A stretch of 64,000 nt of DNA from positions 2,752,001 through 2,816,000 of the forward strand of contig CAWIIB010000009.1 in NCBI GenBank assembly GCA_963836075.1, read 5' to 3'. This document shows, piece by piece, positions 59,833-64,000 of the stretch. This DNA is from an uncultured Acidobacteriota bacterium (GTDB lineage: Bacteria > Acidobacteriota > JAQAZP01). The number at the start of each line of letters is the position of its first letter. Within the stretch, counting starts at the first letter, position 1. Under the pieces are notes generated by a model. That model searched no databases. It saw nothing but the letters and a program-made list of their open reading frames with translations, and was not told where the DNA came from. The position numbers and the translations under genes were made by a program.

Positions 59833-61803
59833 GTGCGAGCCGTATTCATCTGGTTTTGTCTGTTCTGCCTGCTCGCCGTCCCCGGAATCTGCGGTGTTGA
59901 CATTGACGAGTGGGAGACGTTCGCTCCCGAGGACCTGGCTCTCACCGACAATCCCCACGAACAAGGGGCCCGGGCGATGTATCTCTTCCGCCGGGCCGAT
60001 GTGGGCCAGACCAGAATTGTGGTCCACGGTGCGATCAAGATATTCAATGAAGCGGGCCGTGACCTGGCCAATGTGGAGCTCCCGGAGGAGGTGACCGGGA
60101 TCAGGGCCCGGACGGTCCGGCCGGACGGGACCGCCGTGGAAATATCCAAAGATGACATCATGCGGAAGATCGTCACCCAGAAGCGGGGACGGCGGAATGA
60201 AGTGAAGGTCTTCGCCTTTCCCGATGTCGAACCCGGATCGATCCTGGAATACATCTACAAGACGCCGCCGATGGCCTATCTGCAGCTCGTCTTCGTCTGG
60301 ACCATGCAGAAAGACGTTTTTTGCCGGGAGTCCTGGGTCGATTTCGATGAAGACCTGCTGAAGATCTACAACCGTTTTATCATCGACACCTTCAACCAGG
60401 CGGACATCAAGGCTGAACACAACAGGGGACGGATCCGCTACAGCGGGGTCAACATCCCGGCCACGCCGGATGAGGACTACCCCCCGCCGGGTTCGGAAGG
60501 ATCCGCGTTCTTCTTCATGTATCTGGCCTTCCAGGATGTCAAGGGCAGCGGATCTCTGGACCTGGGCACCCGCGAGGGCAAGGACCGCTACGTGGAGATG
60601 TTCTGGGAGCAGTTCGGCAAAGAGACATCGGAGGAGTACTACGACTTCATCGGTGGCGGAAAAAAGGCCAGGCGCCTGGCCGAAACCATCCTCGCCGGGG
60701 ACGACCGTCCGGTGGAACCGGCGCAGAAGATCTACGATCACGTGATGGCCAATTACCGCAACAAGTCCTTTACCACCCGCTCCGAAGAGGAGCGGATCGC
60801 CGAGGAGGTGAAGGGGAAGAGGGACAAGAAAAACTACTCGGTACGCAACGTGATAAACAACGGCTACGGCTACAACGATGAGATCACCCTGTTCTGTGTG
60901 GCGCTGCTCCGCGGGGCGGGCCTCGAAGCTTTCCCGGTGATCGCCTGCGGACGGGACGACAACTTTTTCAGAAAGCCTGTCCTGCTCAACCAGTTCGACG
61001 AATACCTGCTGGCGCTGGACCTGCCCGAGGGCCGTGTCTACCTCGACCCCGCCACCCCGTACTGCCCGTACGGCCACGTCTCCTGGGAGAAACAGGGTGT
61101 CACCGCCATGCTGTTCCGTCCCCAGGGCGGCCACGAGTTCATCCAGGTGCCGCTGATGGACAGTTCATCCAACCGGATCAAGCGGACCATTGACGCCTCC
61201 TTCGACGGATCGACGCTGCACGGCAGGATGAAGATCCAGAGCGAGGGGAACCCGGACTTCAACCTGAAGAACTGGCTGGATGACGAGTCGGACGAGGAGC
61301 GGCGGGAACACGTGCAGAACCTGCTGGAGGATTCGTTCGACGGGGTTGAGCTGGAGGCCCACGACATACAAAACCTTCGGGATTACAAGAAACCGGTGGT
61401 GATCACCGCCGAGTTCACGGTGCCGGAATTCACCGTCAGGACCCGGACGCGGCTGATGTTCAAACCGGTGATGTTCGGCCGGGAGGAGTCGGCATACTTT
61501 TCCGCCGAGAAACGGAAACTGCCGATATTTTTCGACTATCCGCTGGAAGTCGAGGAGCAGGCCACCTTTCATCTGCCCGAGGGGTATCAGGTGGACCAGC
61601 TGCCGGCACCAGTCCAGTTCACCAACGACCTCGGCACCTACCGGCTTACCCTGGAGCAGGGGGACGGCACACTGGTCAGCCGCCGACAGTTCATGCGGAA
61701 GGGAGCTTACTTCCAGCCCGGGCACTACCCGGTGATCAGGGAGTTCTACGCCGCGGCCAGGACCGGTGATGACACCACGGCGGTGCTCAAGGTCGAGGAG
61801 TAA
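59833..61803 (+). CDS. DUF3857/transglutaminase-like protein (inactive type)
   Basis: Signal peptide, ARTVRPDG, PDVEPGSILEY, YLDPA; catalytic Cys and His positions read GYNDEI and FDEY; GTG start with RBS GAGG. Confidence 0.85.
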   Translation: MRAVFIWFCLFCLLAVPGICGVDIDEWETFAPEDLALTDNPHEQGARAMYLFRRADVGQTRIVVHGAIKIFNEAGRDLANVELPEEVTGIRARTVRPDGTAVEISKDDIMRKIVTQKRGRRNEVKVFAFPDVEPGSILEYIYKTPPMAYLQLVFVWTMQKDVFCRESWVDFDEDLLKIYNRFIIDTFNQADIKAEHNRGRIRYSGVNIPATPDEDYPPPGSEGSAFFFMYLAFQDVKGSGSLDLGTREGKDRYVEMFWEQFGKETSEEYYDFIGGGKKARRLAETILAGDDRPVEPAQKIYDHVMANYRNKSFTTRSEEERIAEEVKGKRDKKNYSVRNVINNGYGYNDEITLFCVALLRGAGLEAFPVIACGRDDNFFRKPVLLNQFDEYLLALDLPEGRVYLDPATPYCPYGHVSWEKQGVTAMLFRPQGGHEFIQVPLMDSSSNRIKRTIDASFDGSTLHGRMKIQSEGNPDFNLKNWLDDESDEERREHVQNLLEDSFDGVELEAHDIQNLRDYKKPVVITAEFTVPEFTVRTRTRLMFKPVMFGREESAYFSAEKRKLPIFFDYPLEVEEQATFHLPEGYQVDQLPAPVQFTNDLGTYRLTLEQGDGTLVSRRQFMRKGAYFQPGHYPVIREFYAAARTGDDTTAVLKVEE

Positions 61804-61806
61804 CCG

Positions 61807-63720
61807 ATGAAGAAACGTTTTCTGATCCTGCTGGCCTGCTTCGTTCTTTCCGGTGGTCTCGCCGGGGCCGGCAACAGGCTGCCGGACTGGGCCGAGCCGC
61901 TGGCGGGTATCGACTGTTCGCACCATGACACCCGGAAGGTGGACGCGGTCTGTTTGCTGGATCAGACGCGTCTGGAAATCGATCCCTCGGGGAAACTGAT
62001 ACACACCGGACGTATTGCCTACCGGATCCTCACCACCGACGGGGTTGCCTGGGGAACGATGGTCCTCCCGCACAACAGCCGGTCAAAGATCCAAGAGGTC
62101 CGGGCGTGGGTGCGCTACCCCGACGGTCAAACCAGGGGCATCAAGGAGAAGGATACGCTGGACACCCAGTATATCGATTCGACCTTCTATTCCGACCTTC
62201 GCAAGCGGATTATTCCGTTGCCCGATGTCACCAAGGGGTCGGCTGTCTTTTTCGAGTGGGTGGTGGAACGGCAGGAGGCGTTCATGATGGAGGGGTGGTC
62301 GTTCCAGTCCTCCATTCCCGTGCTCTCCTCACAGATCTCCTTCGACCTGCCCCCCGGGGTTGACCTGGACTGGCAGGTCTTGAACATGCCGGACGATTTT
62401 CAGCCGCAGGTGACCGGGAGGCATTACGTCTTTTCCCGGAGCGGTCTCCCGGCACTGCCGTACGAGGAGTGGGCCCCGGACGGCAACGACCTCGTGGAAC
62501 GGGTCGAGCTCCGTTTCCACAGCCTGGCCGGCGGCACCCCGGTTTTTGACAGTTGGGAGGCTGTGGCCCGGTGGTACTACGGTCTCACCCGGGAGAAGTG
62601 GAGCATCCCGCAGGAGGTCAAAAGCCTTGCCGCCGGGATTTGCGAGGGGGCGGAGGACGACGAGGAGAAGATCCGCCGGCTCTGCAACTGGGCGCAGTCA
62701 AAGATCCGCTACGTGGCCATCGCCATCGGCATCGGCGGGTATGTCCCCCACGATCCGGCCGAGGTCTGCCAGACCAAGTACGGCGACTGCAAGGACAAGT
62801 CGTTCGTACTGATGGGGCTGCTTCGTTCCCAGGGGATCGAGGCCTGGCCGGTGATCTGCCGCTCGGGCAGCCGGGGCAACATTCGCCAGAATTTTGCCTG
62901 GCCCGCCGCCTTTGACCACTGCATCGTGGCCTTCGGGATACCGGACGCCGGCATCCGTTTCTTCGATCCCACCAGCGAAACTGTGGGCTACCCCTGCCTG
63001 CCGCCGAACCTGGAAGGGGCGATGGGGCTGGTGGTGCGGAAAGGCGGTGGGGAACTGGTGCCGATGACCTCGGGGCTGGAGCCGGAGCTGGACGTCCGGG
63101 TGGATGCTGAGATCTGCCGCTCCGGCATTCTCAAGGCGCGGGTACGCGAGGTCTACAGCCTGGCGGCGCTGTGGGAGATCCGCAGCATCTACCGCACGCT
63201 CAGCGATGCGGACCGTGACCGGATGTGGGGGGAGTGGATTTCCCGCCGGATTCCCGACGCGACCATCGAGGAGCTGAACTGGACCAACCTCCACGAACCG
63301 GAAAAGGACCTGATCATCGAGTACACTCTCAAGGCCCCGGGCCTGGTCAAGCAGATGGGCGGGCTGACCATGCTCAATCCCTTCTTCATCCAGGATGTTC
63401 CCAAGCCGTCATTCACCGCGGCCGAGCGGTGTCTGCCCGTGGCACTGGAATCGCTGGCGGTCAGGGCCCGCCAGGAAGTTGGACTGAAACTCCCTCCGGG
63501 CCTGGTCCTGGAGGAGAGCATCGAGTCCTGCACCCTGAGCCATGACTTCGGGACGTTCACCACTTCCACCACCGAGGGGGAGGGGGTGCTGACCCTGCTC
63601 AAGGAATACACGGTGAACCACAGCACCGTGCCGGCCGCACGCTATGCCGAGGTGAAGGCATTTTTCGCTGCGGTGAACAATGTGGAACGGACCGAGATCC
63701 TCTTTGCCTCCAAACAGTGA
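61807..63720 (+). CDS. DUF3857/transglutaminase-like cysteine protease (intact triad)
   Basis: IRYVAI, GDCKDKS (Cys), FDHCI (His), FFDPT (Asp); signal peptide. Confidence 0.9.
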   Translation: MKKRFLILLACFVLSGGLAGAGNRLPDWAEPLAGIDCSHHDTRKVDAVCLLDQTRLEIDPSGKLIHTGRIAYRILTTDGVAWGTMVLPHNSRSKIQEVRAWVRYPDGQTRGIKEKDTLDTQYIDSTFYSDLRKRIIPLPDVTKGSAVFFEWVVERQEAFMMEGWSFQSSIPVLSSQISFDLPPGVDLDWQVLNMPDDFQPQVTGRHYVFSRSGLPALPYEEWAPDGNDLVERVELRFHSLAGGTPVFDSWEAVARWYYGLTREKWSIPQEVKSLAAGICEGAEDDEEKIRRLCNWAQSKIRYVAIAIGIGGYVPHDPAEVCQTKYGDCKDKSFVLMGLLRSQGIEAWPVICRSGSRGNIRQNFAWPAAFDHCIVAFGIPDAGIRFFDPTSETVGYPCLPPNLEGAMGLVVRKGGGELVPMTSGLEPELDVRVDAEICRSGILKARVREVYSLAALWEIRSIYRTLSDADRDRMWGEWISRRIPDATIEELNWTNLHEPEKDLIIEYTLKAPGLVKQMGGLTMLNPFFIQDVPKPSFTAAERCLPVALESLAVRARQEVGLKLPPGLVLEESIESCTLSHDFGTFTTSTTEGEGVLTLLKEYTVNHSTVPAARYAEVKAFFAAVNNVERTEILFASKQ

Positions 63721-63819
63721 CGGGGCTTGTCTCCGTCCCGGCGGCAACCTTGCGCGGGTGCCGTAAAACCCCTAGAATCATCAGGCACACTCAACGGACC
63801 CACGCCGGAGAGACCCAAG

Positions 63820-64000
63820 TTGACCTCGAAGCCATCGCATCGCACAGCCGGCAGCCTGCTCTTCCAGCCCCTGCTGGTGGGCCTGGTCTGCGGGATGACC
63901 TGGGGCTGGCTGCAGGCCGCCCGACTGGCCCTGACCACCCGTCATGCAATGGGTCTCCGCCAGTGGAGCGACGTGCTCAGCTATGCCGGGCTGTCCCACG
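63820..64000 (+). CDS. 5-prime part of a membrane protein running off the window
   Basis: TTG start after GGAGAG; open frame MTSKPSHRTAGSLLFQPLLVGLVCGMTWGWLQAARL to the window end. Confidence 0.5.
   Translation, partial: MTSKPSHRTAGSLLFQPLLVGLVCGMTWGWLQAARLALTTRHAMGLRQWSDVLSYAGLSH

Noticed and set aside
63718-63765. Degenerate REP doublet after the third transglutaminase-like gene
   Set aside because: Two weak hairpins (GACGGGGCTTGTCTCCGTC, CGGCAACCTTGCGCGGGTGCCG) with no second copy in the window; too weak to call

Overview
High-GC bacterial chromosomal segment (roughly two-thirds G+C by eye) with about 42 genes and no recognisable rRNA, tRNA, CRISPR array, integrase or transposase. In order it holds: a binding protein plus hybrid histidine kinase pair; a secreted S8 protease; DinB and PLD-like genes; alpha-2-macroglobulin with pbpC; an old-yellow-enzyme gene coupled to a peroxiredoxin-like gene whose in-frame UGA sits in a UxxC motif followed by a SECIS-like hairpin (probable selenoprotein, split in the ORF track); TPR, MFS, TauE and M1-peptidase genes; a futalosine menaquinone cluster (mqnP, ubiX, ubiD, an in-frame mqnE-mqnA fusion, mqnC) with a divergent menG, aminotransferase, GT-C and MetH-reactivation-domain operon; a double-length thyX; ETF-quinone oxidoreductase and a ferredoxin, both with a non-Cys Fe-S ligand position; an MFS plus acyl-AMP ligase/ACP/acyltransferase fusion converging on a Cys-rich U32 (UbiU/UbiV-like) pair; Thr-type sulfatase-like genes; and three tandem DUF3857/transglutaminase-like genes, two apparently inactive. 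Non-coding DNA carries a GGGACGTAC-core inverted-repeat family in reciprocal arrangements at two loci, other REP-like palindromes, and a five-unit 11-bp array upstream of ETF-QO. Four genes carry five frameshifts, most likely sequencing errors. All calls come from motif recognition only; no searches were run.
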